Shown here in pieces: positions 9,805-20,463 of a DNA stretch of 64,000 nt. The position numbers were made by a program, and so were the translations under genes. The stretch is from an uncultured Chloroflexia bacterium (GTDB taxonomy: Bacteria; Chloroflexota; Limnocylindria; Limnocylindrales; CSP1-4): positions 256,001 through 320,000 of the forward strand of contig CAVQJC010000005.1 of assembly GCA_963712745.1 (NCBI GenBank), written 5' to 3'. How positions within the stretch are numbered: the stretch's first letter is position 1; every line of letters begins with the position of its first letter. The notes beneath the pieces are model-generated. The model did not search any database and was not told where the DNA came from. It worked only from the letters and a program-made list of their open reading frames with translations.

Positions 9805-10892
9805 CAGATGGCCGGCACCAGTGAGGGTTCGGCCACCCGCACCAATGCCTCCTTGACGAGCAGGGACACCGTCGCGATGGCCTCCATGCCCGCCTCTTCG
9901 AGTCGGCGGTCGATGGGTGATTCGTAGGTCCGCACGCAGGCCATGACGCCGTGCTGGTGGCCAGGGTCGCCCGCACGCTGGTTGGCCCCGCTGCGCTTGC
10001 CGATGAGCCCGAGCCCGTAGCGGATGAGGCTGCTGGTGTCGTGATCGGGTAGGGCCAGCACACGCATGTAGTGCGGTTGCTGCTCCTTGGCCACGCCCAC
10101 CTGCAGCATGGCCAGCAGGCCCTTGCCGTCGGGCGCCTCCTGCACGTGGGCCTCCACGTCCGCGAGGCGCAGCAACGGCGTGAGCGAGGTACGGGGCACG
10201 CTCGAGCGACCTGACAGGTTCTCCCAGTCGGGTAGCCGATAGCCCTCGAGCCGGGCCACCGGCGCGGGCGTGACCCGCTTATACAGCGCCGCCAGGTCGA
10301 CCGAGTCCTGGTGCGAGGCCGGGCGGATGCGCAGCTCGTCGGCGTCGATGCCGCGCATCGTAGGGAAGCTCTGGCCGGGGTCGCGGAAGAGGATGGTCTC
10401 CTCGCCGTAGCGAGCGAAGCCGGCCTGCATGAACAGCTCGACGTTGCCGTCGGCGTCGGCGCAGGCGACGTGGAAACGGTGGGCCCCCCGGCGCGAGCCG
10501 TCGCGCAACAGATGCTGGACCAGGCGATAGCGGATGTCGCCGGCGTCGCCCTGGGCCACCGCATCGAGCTCGACGATGGTCCACTCGTCGCGGTTGGCAT
10601 CACGCTCCACGCGCGCCAGGCCGGCCAGCCGCCCTCCCTCGTCGTAGACGTACATCTGGTCGTTGGGCTTGAAGGCACCGAGCGGCATGCGGAAGAGACT
10701 GAAGACCGAGACGTGGCTGGCAGTCACGGGCAGTCCCAGCGAGCGCGACGGGCGCCTGGCCTCGCGGGGGCTGCCGGGATGGCCGTCGTTGGCCTCGATG
10801 CCGGGGTGGGCCAGCCGCGACAGTTCGCCCACCGCGGCCAGATCGGTCAGGCGCGCTGCGCGGACGCGGCCGGTGCGAGTCGTCGCTGGCAT
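9804..10892 (-). CDS. Tandem GNAT-fold acetyltransferase-like protein
   Basis: VRAARLTDL and IRPASHQDS repeat starts, VELFMQAGF motif; translationally coupled within the operon. Confidence 0.6.
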   Translation of the reverse strand: MPATTRTGRVRAARLTDLAAVGELSRLAHPGIEANDGHPGSPREARRPSRSLGLPVTASHVSVFSLFRMPLGAFKPNDQMYVYDEGGRLAGLARVERDANRDEWTIVELDAVAQGDAGDIRYRLVQHLLRDGSRRGAHRFHVACADADGNVELFMQAGFARYGEETILFRDPGQSFPTMRGIDADELRIRPASHQDSVDLAALYKRVTPAPVARLEGYRLPDWENLSGRSSVPRTSLTPLLRLADVEAHVQEAPDGKGLLAMLQVGVAKEQQPHYMRVLALPDHDTSSLIRYGLGLIGKRSGANQRAGDPGHQHGVMACVRTYESPIDRRLEEAGMEAIATVSLLVKEALVRVAEPSLVPAI

Positions 10893-10923
10893 CAGCGGCC
10901 CCTCCCCGTGCTGCGTCGGCGGG

Positions 10924-11565
10924 TCATCGCGGGGCCTCTAGCCCCCTCCGCACCGGGTGGGGTCTTCGGCCGCCGCCCTCGGCCGGTTCCTGATAGGCGC
11001 CGGCCATGGTCGTCAGCAGACGGTGGAAGCGCATCTCCCCGGCCAGCTCCGGGTGAAATGCGGTAGCGATGACATTGCGCTGTCGCACGGCTACAACGCT
11101 ACCGTCTTCGAGCCGCGCCAGCACGTCGACCTCGGCGCCCACCCGCTCCACCAGCGGGGCCCGGATGAACACGGCATGGACCGGCGTATCACCGAGGACG
11201 GACACCACGAGGTCAGCCTCGAAAGAGTCGAGCTGCCGGCCGAAGGCATTGCGTTTGACCGACACGTCGAGCAGCGGAAAGACCGGCTCGTCGCCGTCGA
11301 CGATCTCGTTCGCCAGCAGGATCAGGCCGGCGCAGGTGCCCAGGATGGGCGCGCCACGCTCGGCCAGGTCGAGGATCGGCTGTCGCAAGCCCCAGCGCTC
11401 GATGAGCTTGCGCATGGTCGTCGATTCACCACCGGGCAGGATGAGCCCGGCCAGGCCCTCGAGATGCTCGGGCAGTCGGACGGGCACGGCCTCCGCGCCG
11501 ATGGCACTGAGCATGGCTTCGTGCTCGGCGAAGGCTCCCTGGACCCTGAGCACTCCGATCTTCAC
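10924..11565 (-). CDS. pdxT: PLP synthase glutaminase subunit
   Basis: ILPGGESTT, GTCAGLI, RNAFGRQ, VFIRAP and FHPEL. Confidence 0.95.
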   Translation of the reverse strand: MKIGVLRVQGAFAEHEAMLSAIGAEAVPVRLPEHLEGLAGLILPGGESTTMRKLIERWGLRQPILDLAERGAPILGTCAGLILLANEIVDGDEPVFPLLDVSVKRNAFGRQLDSFEADLVVSVLGDTPVHAVFIRAPLVERVGAEVDVLARLEDGSVVAVRQRNVIATAFHPELAGEMRFHRLLTTMAGAYQEPAEGGGRRPHPVRRGLEAPR

Positions 11566-11614
11566 GGTCGATCGCGCTGCGGTGTGGCGGAGGTGGCCGG
11601 CGGTGTCGACCGCG

Positions 11615-12502
11615 CTACCAGCCGCGGACCGCGAGCCGCTCCTCCTCGGGCACCGAGGCCACGCTCATGCCGCGCATGGGGGAGCCCAGCCCGCGCGAGA
11701 CCTCGGCGATGATCTTGGGGTCGTCAAAGTGGGTGGTGGCCTGGACGATGGCGTTGGCCGTGGTGGCCGGGTCTTCCGACTTGAAGATGCCGGAACCCAC
11801 GAACACGCCTTCCGCACCGAGCTGCATGGCCAGGGCTGCGTCCGATGGCGTGGCGATGCCACCGGCCACGAAGTTGACCACCGGCAGGCGGCCGGCCGCA
11901 GCCACGTCCTTGACCAGGTCGTAGGGCGCACCCAGTTCCTTGGCGGCCAGGAAAAGCTCGTCCTCGCGCAGGCTGGCCAGCCGGCGGATGCCGGCGTTGA
12001 CCGAGCGGATGTGTCGGACGGCCTCCACGATGTCGCCGGTACCGGCCTCGCCCTTGGTGCGCATCATGGCCGCGCCCTCGCTGATGCGGCGCAGTGCCTC
12101 GCCCAGGTCGCGGGCACCGCACACGAAGGGCACCTTGAACTGGTGCTTGTCGATGTGGTTGTCCTCGTCGGCCGGGGTCAGCACCTCCGACTCGTCGATG
12201 TAGTCCACGCCCAACGCCTCGAGCACCTGGGCCTCGACGAAGTGGCCGATGCGGGCCTTGGCCATGACCGGGATGGTGACCGCATCCATGATCGCGCTGA
12301 CGAGCGAGGGGTCGCTCATGCGCGCCACACCGCCGGCGGCACGGATATCGGCGGGCACGCGCTCGAGCGCCATGACCGCGACCGCGCCTGCCGCCTCGGC
12401 GATGCGCGCCTGGTCGGGGGTAACGACGTCCATGATGACGCCGCCCTTCAGCATCTGGGCCAGACCCTTCTTGGTCGCCCAGGTGGACGTCTCGACGTTC
12501 AC
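11615..12502 (-). CDS. pdxS: PLP synthase lyase subunit
   Basis: [36 protein letters not shown] and AGGIATP; probable GTG start at 12502. Confidence 0.96.
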   Translation of the reverse strand: MNVETSTWATKKGLAQMLKGGVIMDVVTPDQARIAEAAGAVAVMALERVPADIRAAGGVARMSDPSLVSAIMDAVTIPVMAKARIGHFVEAQVLEALGVDYIDESEVLTPADEDNHIDKHQFKVPFVCGARDLGEALRRISEGAAMMRTKGEAGTGDIVEAVRHIRSVNAGIRRLASLREDELFLAAKELGAPYDLVKDVAAAGRLPVVNFVAGGIATPSDAALAMQLGAEGVFVGSGIFKSEDPATTANAIVQATTHFDDPKIIAEVSRGLGSPMRGMSVASVPEEERLAVRGW

Positions 12503-12527
12503 TGACAGCCTCGATGAATGGTTGGGT

Positions 12528-12607
12528 TCGTGGTCTCTGCCGGGTTCGACAGCGGGGTCGTCGCCCGCACGGAACAGCTGGCCGACCACGACTACATCTG
12601 GATTATC
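12528..12607 (-). promoter_or_regulatory. Putative pdxS -10 box and structured 5' leader
   Basis: GATAAT on the minus strand (12602-12607); 8-bp inverted repeat tcgtggtc/gaccacga (12528-12535, 12584-12591) enclosing a gcggg/cccgc hairpin. Confidence 0.4.
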
Positions 12608-12745
12608 GCATGGGCGGCCCGGCACTCCTTCCGACCGGCGAGCGCTGAGGTTCAGTGTGGATGGGTGATGGTACTGATGGGCCTGTTGCGGGGGGGCACC
12701 ACCGTCAGGAGGGCCATCACGCCCCAGAACTGCTAGCGTCGGGAC

Positions 12746-13555
12746 ATGCCGGAACGCCCGCGGACCCAACGTCCCCCGATCGACCTCGCCGTAGAGCTTG
12801 AGCGAGCCGTAGAGCGCAACGAGTTCGGACTCGAGTATCAGCCGATCATCGACCTCGTTACGGGCTCGATCGCGGCGGTCGAGGCGCTCCTGCGCTGGCG
12901 GCACCCGCTGATGGGCACCATCGCCCCCGCCGAATACCTCCCGCTTGCCGAGGAGACCGGGCACATCGTGCCCATCGGCGAGCGAGTGCTCGACGCGGCC
13001 ACGCGCCAGCTTCGTACCTGGCACCTTGGCTTCGCCCGCATGCAGGCGCTGAAGGTCAACATCAACCTCTCTCCGCGCCAGCTGACCGACCCCGGCCTGC
13101 TCGAACACGTCGGGACTGTGCTGACGCGCTCGGATCTCGACCCGGCGTCACTGACGCTGGAGCTGGGAGCCGGCTGCAGTGACCACCCCGAGCCCATCGC
13201 CGCCCTGGCGCGGTTGGGAGTGGGCCTGGCCCTGGAGGACTTCGGACAGGGTTCCTCGCTCGACGACGTACGCGAGATGCCGCTGACCACGGTCAAGCTG
13301 CATCCGAGTTTCGCCTCGATGGCGGCGGGGAGCGACGACGACGTCGCCTTCGCCGAGAGCGTGCTGGCCCTGTGCCGGACACGCGGCCTCTCGACGGTGG
13401 GCAAGGGCGTGGAGACGCGGGAGCAGGCTCGCCGCCTGGCGGTCCTCGGCTGCGACATGGCCCAGGGATACCTGTACTCCAAGCCGCTCGGCCCGGAAGG
13501 CATCGGCACGCTCCTGGCCCGCGGCCGGGTCACCTCACCTTCGACCGTCCGCTAG
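12746..13555 (+). CDS. Stand-alone EAL-domain protein, degenerate
   Basis: [27 protein letters not shown] and QGYLYSKP; catalytic motifs altered (ELGA, EDFGQG, KGVE). Confidence 0.85.
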   Translation: MPERPRTQRPPIDLAVELERAVERNEFGLEYQPIIDLVTGSIAAVEALLRWRHPLMGTIAPAEYLPLAEETGHIVPIGERVLDAATRQLRTWHLGFARMQALKVNINLSPRQLTDPGLLEHVGTVLTRSDLDPASLTLELGAGCSDHPEPIAALARLGVGLALEDFGQGSSLDDVREMPLTTVKLHPSFASMAAGSDDDVAFAESVLALCRTRGLSTVGKGVETREQARRLAVLGCDMAQGYLYSKPLGPEGIGTLLARGRVTSPSTVR

Positions 13556-13616
13556 CACCCCCCGGCACCCCCGGCACCTCGGCTCTTTCCGGCTCGGTCC
13601 CGACTCGTTCTGCTCC

Positions 13617-13689
13617 TCCCGGCTCGTCCGGGCTGGTCCCGGCTCGTCCGGGCTGGTCCCGGCTCGTCCGGGCTGGTCCCGGCTCGTCC
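13617..13689. repeat. 20-bp tandem repeat, ~3.5 copies
   Basis: (ggctcgtccgggctggtccc)n; preceded by gcacccccg repeats just after the EAL stop codon. Confidence 0.9.
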
Positions 13690-14144
13690 CGGCGTCAGGC
13701 AGTCCCCTGCCCCGTCCCCCTGCTCGGCCTCGACCGGGTGATCCGGCTGGCCCGGCGCATGAAGGGACGGCTCCAGCGAACCACGCGCGTGACTCCTCAG
13801 GGGAGCAGACCCGACGGCGACCCCGTGCCTGGCGAGCCGCGCCTTGGCCGAGAACCTGGCAGGTTCATCGGGTCTGGCAGGTTCATCCGGCGCGGGCAGA
13901 GCGGACGTCTCGCAGCAGACGGTCAGCGCCGACGGCAGATCTCGGCATCCTTGACTCCCCTGGGCGTCCCGGCATCCGCGTGAAGGGCCGGGCTGGTTCG
14001 AGGGAACGCCGGACATGAAGAACGGCCGGGAGGACGATGCCTACCCGGCCGCCAGGAGAGCGAAGCGCAGGAGTCAGGCAGGGATCGCGGACCGAGTCGG
14101 CCGCGGACCCCGCAGCCGGCCCCGAAGGCCGGCGCGAACGTGGT

Positions 14145-14432
14145 CTAGAGGACGCCGAGGGAGCTGATGAGGAGGCCGTAGACGCCGGCGCCGGCGATGA
14201 GGGCGACCAGGACGAAAGCGCGGGCCTTGGGAACCGACGGACCCTCGTCGATCAGCTCGACGGCGGAGATGTCGTAGTTGGTGCCGCGATAGCGTTCGGT
14301 CAGCGACATCTCGGGCTCTTCCTGGAGGGGAGCCGCCACGTTCTGGGCGACGATCGGGTCCCAGCGACATGCCGGACAGATACCGGTCGCCTGGTCGAGC
14401 TCGGTCTCACATTCGGGGCAATACGCGTTCAT
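14145..14432 (-). CDS. Small zinc-ribbon membrane protein
   Basis: MNAYCPECETELDQATGICPACRW (two CxxC) and a C-terminal TM helix. Confidence 0.7.
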   Translation of the reverse strand: MNAYCPECETELDQATGICPACRWDPIVAQNVAAPLQEEPEMSLTERYRGTNYDISAVELIDEGPSVPKARAFVLVALIAGAGVYGLLISSLGVL

Positions 14433-14701
14433 GATTTCGTCCCTTGGTCTGTGATGATTTCCCTGCGCTCGGAGTTCGATGACGTCCCGAACACTATCGG
14501 CGCGAACGGTCCTGTCACCATCACCCGGTCGTCCCACGGTTCGGGCGAACGCGTGCCCTTCGGTGCGGTGCGGTGCACAAGCCGGGGTCCCGCCCGCGTG
14601 GAGATTTGGTACTGCCTGCCGGAGACCTCCCGTAGGGGCATCAGGTACGTTGCGCTACGATGCCAATGCCGCGTGGTCATCACGCCCAGTCGAGGTGAGC
14701 G

Positions 14702-15214
14702 TTGGACAGTGTCGTCCTTCTCCTGAACGCCGACTACGAGCCACTCAACGTCTGCGATCTGCGCAGGGCGTTCCGGCTCGTCTTCGGCGCGAAGGCGGAG
14801 GTCATCGAGTACGACCACACCGAGGTCCGCACTCCCACGACCGTCCTGCGCGCGCCCTCGGTCATCAAGCTGCAGTACCGCATCAAGCGTCCCCGCCCCC
14901 GGGTGCGCCTGTCGCGCCGCGAGGTCTTCGCCCGCGACGGCCATGTCTGCCAGTACTGCGGCCAGCGCACGGCCAAGCTCACGCTCGACCACGTCCTGCC
15001 CCGGCATCGGGGCGGCAGCCATAGCTGGGACAACCTCGTGGCCGCTTGCAGTTCCTGCAACCACCGCAAGGGTGGGCGCCTGCCGGAGGAGGCCGGCATG
15101 CGCCTGCGCAAGCGGCCCTACGAGCCCAAGTGCGACACCTACACCATGTACTCCACGTACCTGACCGACCCTCGCAACGAAGCCTGGCGCGACTACCTCA
15201 CGCTCAACCGCTGA
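14702..15214 (+). CDS. HNH endonuclease family protein
   Basis: VLLLNADYEPL, PSVI, RDGHVCQYCG, TLDHVLP and WDNLVAACSSCNHRKG. Confidence 0.92.
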   Translation: MDSVVLLLNADYEPLNVCDLRRAFRLVFGAKAEVIEYDHTEVRTPTTVLRAPSVIKLQYRIKRPRPRVRLSRREVFARDGHVCQYCGQRTAKLTLDHVLPRHRGGSHSWDNLVAACSSCNHRKGGRLPEEAGMRLRKRPYEPKCDTYTMYSTYLTDPRNEAWRDYLTLNR

Positions 15215-15220
15215 GCGACC

Positions 15221-16653
15221 ATGCCTCAGAGCGACGCTGCTGCCAGGTCCCCCTCGTCGAGCACGCCCGTGGACGACGACCAGCCGCCCTTCCCCGTCGA
15301 CAGGGAGGTCCTGGCAGTGCTGGGCACATTGTGGTCGGCCGGCTACGGGGGCTACCTCGTGGGCGGTGGCGTGCGCGATGCCATGCTCGGTCTGCCGGTG
15401 CGCGACTGGGACATCGCCACCGAGGCCCGCCCCGAACGAATCCTGCGCATCTTTCCCGGCAGCAGCTACCACAACCGCTTCGGCACGGTCCTCGCTCGCG
15501 GCCTGGAGATCACCACCTTCCGGCGTGACCATCGCTATGCCGACCATCGCCGGCCCGATACCATCACCTTCAGCGGCGACATCTTCGAGGACCTCGCACG
15601 CCGCGATCTGACCATCAACGCCATGGCCTGGGGCCGGCGCGGCCCCGACGCCGCGGCCCGGCTGGTGGACCCGGCTGACGGCCAGGGCGACCTGACAGCG
15701 CGGCTGGTGCGGGCAGTCGGCGATCCCAACCGCCGGTTCGACGAGGACGCCCTGCGGCTGCTTCGAGCCGTGCGCATCGCGGCCCGCCTCGATTTCGCCA
15801 TCGAGCCCATGACCAGGCAGGCCATGGTGGCCCACGCCTCCGATATGGAATGGGTCTCCGAGGAACGCATCGGCAGCGAGGTGCGGCGCATGCTCACGGC
15901 CGAGGTGCCGTCTCGTGCCATCCGGCTGATGCATGACACCGGCATCCTGGCCACGGCCATCCCGGAGCTGGCGGCACTGCCGGCCCCAGCCCTGGAGCGG
16001 GCCCTCGCGGTGACCGATGCCACCGCCTCCAGCGAGCCCGGCGGAGTGCGCCGAGCCTGGCCGGCGCCGAGCCCGGTGCGGAGCCTGGCGCCGAGCGCCT
16101 GGCGCTGGCCGCGCTGTTGGGCGAGCTGGAGCCCGCTCCCGCCCATGACGTGCTGGCACGGCTGCGCGTGGCTGGCCGCGAGGCCGAGGCCATCGCCACG
16201 CTGGTGGGGCTTGCCACCGAGCGCTACGACGAGGACTGGAGCGATGCCGACGTGCGGCGCTACATGGGTCGCGTGCCGGCCGAGTTGCTCGATGACCTGC
16301 TCGCCTTGCGCAGCGCGCGTGCGGCCGCCATCCCGGAGGCCCTCGGCGCCGCGGCCGCCACGAGAGAGTCCGAGCTGGCCGAACGCGTGGCTGGGCAGCG
16401 CGCGGCGGGGAGCCCACTCACGCTCGGGGACCTGGCCATCGACGGGCGCGACGTGAGGGACACGCTGGAGATCCCCGAGGGGCCGGTCATCGGCGCCATC
16501 CTCGAGCGCCTCCTGGCAGACGTCGTCGAGGACCCCAGCCTCAACGCGCGCATGCCCCTGCTGACGAGGGCCAGCCTCGTCCTCGACGAGTTGATGCAAG
16601 GTGATCGTGGTGCGAGCCGGTCGACGGACGCCGCTCCCCGATCCATCAGGTAG
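15221..16653 (+). CDS. cca: CCA-adding tRNA nucleotidyltransferase, frameshifted near 16045-16065
   Basis: YLVGGGVRD, DWDIAT, DLARRDLTINAMA and RFDEDALRLLRA in ORF 15221; C-terminal LAIDGRDV...GPVIGAIL in ORF 16117-16653. The shift lies in an AEPG-repeat tract. Confidence 0.85.
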
Positions 16654-16663
16654 GCTCGGTCCC

Positions 16664-17129
16664 GTGATCGAGCAGATCCTCGAGGCCGACCGCTACCTGC
16701 AGGTCGACCAGGTCGACAGGGCCAGAGGGATGTACGAGCGGGTGGTCGAGCTGGACCCGGGCAACTCCATCGCCGTGGTCGGGCTGGCACGCTGCGCGCT
16801 GGCCGAGGGCGATGACCACGGCGCCTACGCGCTGGCTTCGCGCGCCCTGGAGATCGACCCCGAGAACGACATGGCCCGGCGCATGGAGGCCCGGCTCTCG
16901 GAGGTGCTGGCGACCCGCGGGGAGCCGGTCGAGCGGCCCGTCGTCGCCGCCACCCCGGGGCCGCGGGAGATGCGCCCGGTGGTGACCGACGACACGCCTC
17001 TGCCCGCGACCGACCGCAACCGCCGACACCCGCGACCGCAGCCGCCACACCGAGCCCGTCCAGTCCGCCTTCCCCTGCAAAGGAGCGTCCCGTGCGCAAG
17101 TCCCTCTTCGACCGACTACTGGGCCGCTG

Positions 17130-17130
<1 letters not shown>
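16664..17130 (+). CDS. TPR-repeat protein, probable frameshift near 17010
   Basis: YERVVELDPGNSIAVVGLA and RALEIDPENDMA; the alternate frame ends PAKERPVRKSLFDRLLGR* with TGATG coupling to galE. Confidence 0.7.
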
Positions 17131-18101
<971 letters not shown>

Positions 18102-18112
18102 GGTCTGCTCGC

Positions 18113-18823
18113 TTGCCCGATCGCGAACACCTGCCGGTGCCGGACGACCCGAGGGACTGGGCACCCATGCGCCCGTACCGTGGCCGGCAACGGTTCGACA
18201 TCGTCGACCCACTCGTCGAACCCCTGTGGAGCGGCACCCGTGTGCTGGCTCATGTGGCAGGCGGGCCGGGCCGGGAAGCAGCGCCAAGGGTCGCGCTCAT
18301 CGAGGAGCTCGGTGCCGACCTCGCTGAGGCGCTGCCCGACCTGAGCGAAGCTATCGCGACCGGCGCCCTCGTGGTCGACGCCATCATCGACGGCATCATC
18401 ACGCCGGAGGTCGCGCTTGACGGCGTGGGGGCGGCAGCCATCCCCGAGGTGCGCGACCACCCGGCCAGGATGTTGCTGCGAAACAGCGTCGACTTCGACG
18501 TGGCTCCGCCCGACAGCGTCGGGGAGCGCGGGGCCGACCTCGAACTCGTCGACGGCTTCGTGGCGGTGGACCTGTTGCGCATCGACGGAACGAGCCTGCT
18601 CGACGTCCCTCTCCTGGAGCGCAAGCGGCTGCTGGAGGGCATCATCGTCCCGGGGCCTCTGCTGCGCGTTTCGAGCCACGTGCGCCCGCCCTGGGACCCG
18701 TGGATCGCCACGTGGAAGTCGGTCGGTCTCCGGGGCGGCATGCTCAAGGCCGCCAACAGCCGCTATCACCCCAACGACGACACCATCGAGTGGAAGGTCG
18801 TGGAGCGACTCAGCCGCCGCTAG
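18113..18823 (+). CDS. ATP-dependent DNA ligase adenylation-domain-like protein, degenerate
   Basis: VEPLWSGTR (cf. EPKxDGxR), IIDGII, AVDLLRIDGTSLLDVPLLERKRLLE and GGMLKAANSRY; no OB domain. Confidence 0.7.
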   Translation: MPDREHLPVPDDPRDWAPMRPYRGRQRFDIVDPLVEPLWSGTRVLAHVAGGPGREAAPRVALIEELGADLAEALPDLSEAIATGALVVDAIIDGIITPEVALDGVGAAAIPEVRDHPARMLLRNSVDFDVAPPDSVGERGADLELVDGFVAVDLLRIDGTSLLDVPLLERKRLLEGIIVPGPLLRVSSHVRPPWDPWIATWKSVGLRGGMLKAANSRYHPNDDTIEWKVVERLSRR

Positions 18824-18888
18824 CCGGACCGGCCGGCCGGCGGCGCCCCTGATATCCGCCGGAGGCGCGCTTCGGCTAGTCTCAGACC

Positions 18889-20463
18889 ATGCCTGATCGA
18901 GCCCTCCCTGAGGCCCTAGCGGAAGAGGTCAAGCGCCTCGGCCCCGCCGACATCATGGTCGGTATCCCCAGCTTCCGGAATGCCGCCACCATCGGCCACG
19001 TCACGCGGGCAGCCCAGGCCGGACTGGTGCAGTACTTCCCCGACCGCAAGCCCGTGCTCGTCAACGCCGACGCCGGCTCGCCCGACGGCACCGGTCGCGT
19101 GGTCATCGAGACGCAGCCGCCCGACTACGTCGAACGCATCCTGCTGGTGCGGCCGCGCAACCGCCTGCAGCGCCTCTCGCTGACGTACCCCGAGGTCGAC
19201 GGCGTGGGAGGCAAGGGCGCCGCTCTGCGCACGATCTTCCAGATCGCCGAGCAGCTGGGCGTAGAGGCGTTGGTGGTGGTCGACTCGGACCTGCGTTCGA
19301 TCGTGCCCGAGTGGATCGAGCTGCTGGCGGGGCCCATCCTGAAGGGCGGCTTCGACTTCGTGACCCCGCTCTACCAGCGCTACAAGTACGACGGCACCAT
19401 CACCAACAGCGTCACCTACCCGCTCACGCGCGCGCTCTACGGGCTGCGCATCCGCCAGCCCATCGGCGGCGACTTCGGCGTCAGCGGTGACCTCGTCAAG
19501 CACTACCTGGAGCAGGACGACTGGACGCCGGACATCAGCAAGTTCGGCATCGACATCTGGATGACGACCAAGGCCATCACCGGCGGTTTCGCCGTCAGCC
19601 AGACGCGCCTTGGCGCCAAGATCCACGACCCCAAGGATCCGGGCGCGGACCTGGGCCCGATGTTCAGCCAGGTCGTGGCCACGATGCTGCGCCTGACCGT
19701 GGAGCACGCCGACCACTGGCTCTCGGTCCACAGCTCCCACGCTGTGCCGACCTACGGCTTCGAGCGCTACGCCGACCCGCCGCCGCTGGAGGTCGACGTG
19801 ACCAGACTCCTGGCGGCCTTCGCGCGGGGTCGGGTCGCGGTCGGTGATGCCTGGGAGCTGCTCGTGGCGCCCGACCGCATGGCGGCCCTGGAAGGCCTGG
19901 CCCGGGAGGCCGGTGCAGCGCTCGACGAGATCACCCGCTCGGACACGCCGACGACCGCGGACGACGCCCAGTTCCACTTCAGTGATGACCTCTGGTCGCG
20001 AATCATCTACGACATCGCGCTGACCGCGCGCGGCTCGACCATGGACATGGACCGCCTCATCGCCGCACTCGTGCCCATCTACTTCGGGCGCGTGGCCAGC
20101 CTCGTGATCGAGGCCCGCGACATGACCTCGCAGCAGGCGGAGAGCCTGGTCGAGCGCCAGGCACGCGCCTTCGAGCAGGCCAAGCCGAGCTTCGTCGAGC
20201 GCTGGCGGTCGGGCGAAGGTCTGACGGCGCGCCGGCCCAAGCGCCGAGCCGCCGACAAGCCGGCCAAGACCGCCAAGTCGGCGTCGGCCAAGTCGGCGTC
20301 GGCCAAGTCGGCATCGGCCAAGTCGGCGACGCCCAAGACCTCCAAGTCGGCATCGGCCAAGTCGGCGACGCCCAAGACCTCCAAGTCGGCATCGGCCAAG
20401 TCGGCCACGCCCAAGACCTCCAAGACCGCTGCGCGGCGCAGCAGCAAGGGCGGGCAGGCATGA
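18889..20463 (+). CDS. GT2 glycosyltransferase, glucosyl/mannosylglycerate synthase-like, with Lys/Ala/Ser-rich tail
   Basis: VGIPSFRNAATI, GKGAAL, VDSDL, YKYDGTITN, IRQPIGGDFG, FGIDIWMT and KIHDPKDPG. Confidence 0.75.
   Translation: MPDRALPEALAEEVKRLGPADIMVGIPSFRNAATIGHVTRAAQAGLVQYFPDRKPVLVNADAGSPDGTGRVVIETQPPDYVERILLVRPRNRLQRLSLTYPEVDGVGGKGAALRTIFQIAEQLGVEALVVVDSDLRSIVPEWIELLAGPILKGGFDFVTPLYQRYKYDGTITNSVTYPLTRALYGLRIRQPIGGDFGVSGDLVKHYLEQDDWTPDISKFGIDIWMTTKAITGGFAVSQTRLGAKIHDPKDPGADLGPMFSQVVATMLRLTVEHADHWLSVHSSHAVPTYGFERYADPPPLEVDVTRLLAAFARGRVAVGDAWELLVAPDRMAALEGLAREAGAALDEITRSDTPTTADDAQFHFSDDLWSRIIYDIALTARGSTMDMDRLIAALVPIYFGRVASLVIEARDMTSQQAESLVERQARAFEQAKPSFVERWRSGEGLTARRPKRRAADKPAKTAKSASAKSASAKSASAKSATPKTSKSASAKSATPKTSKSASAKSATPKTSKTAARRSSKGGQA
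20266..20427 (+). repeat. Coding tandem repeats (KSASA / KSASAKSATPKTS)
   Basis: 15-bp aagtcggc(g/a)tcggcc units and three 39-bp units ending cccaagacctcc. Confidence 0.9.

Noticed and set aside
12530-12720. tmRNA or 6S RNA (gggttcgac motif)
   Set aside because: No tRNA-like 3' end, tag reading frame or full-length rod pairing could be found.
11615-13108. 497-aa PdxS with a 200-aa N-terminal extension
   Set aside because: The extension is antisense to the EAL gene and crosses the promoter region; homology starts near 12502.
13617-13689. CRISPR array
   Set aside because: Head-to-tail 20-bp minisatellite without spacers.
14702-15214. HNH as a homing endonuclease, intron or prophage marker
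   Set aside because: Typical stand-alone chromosomal HNH; no interrupted gene or phage genes nearby.
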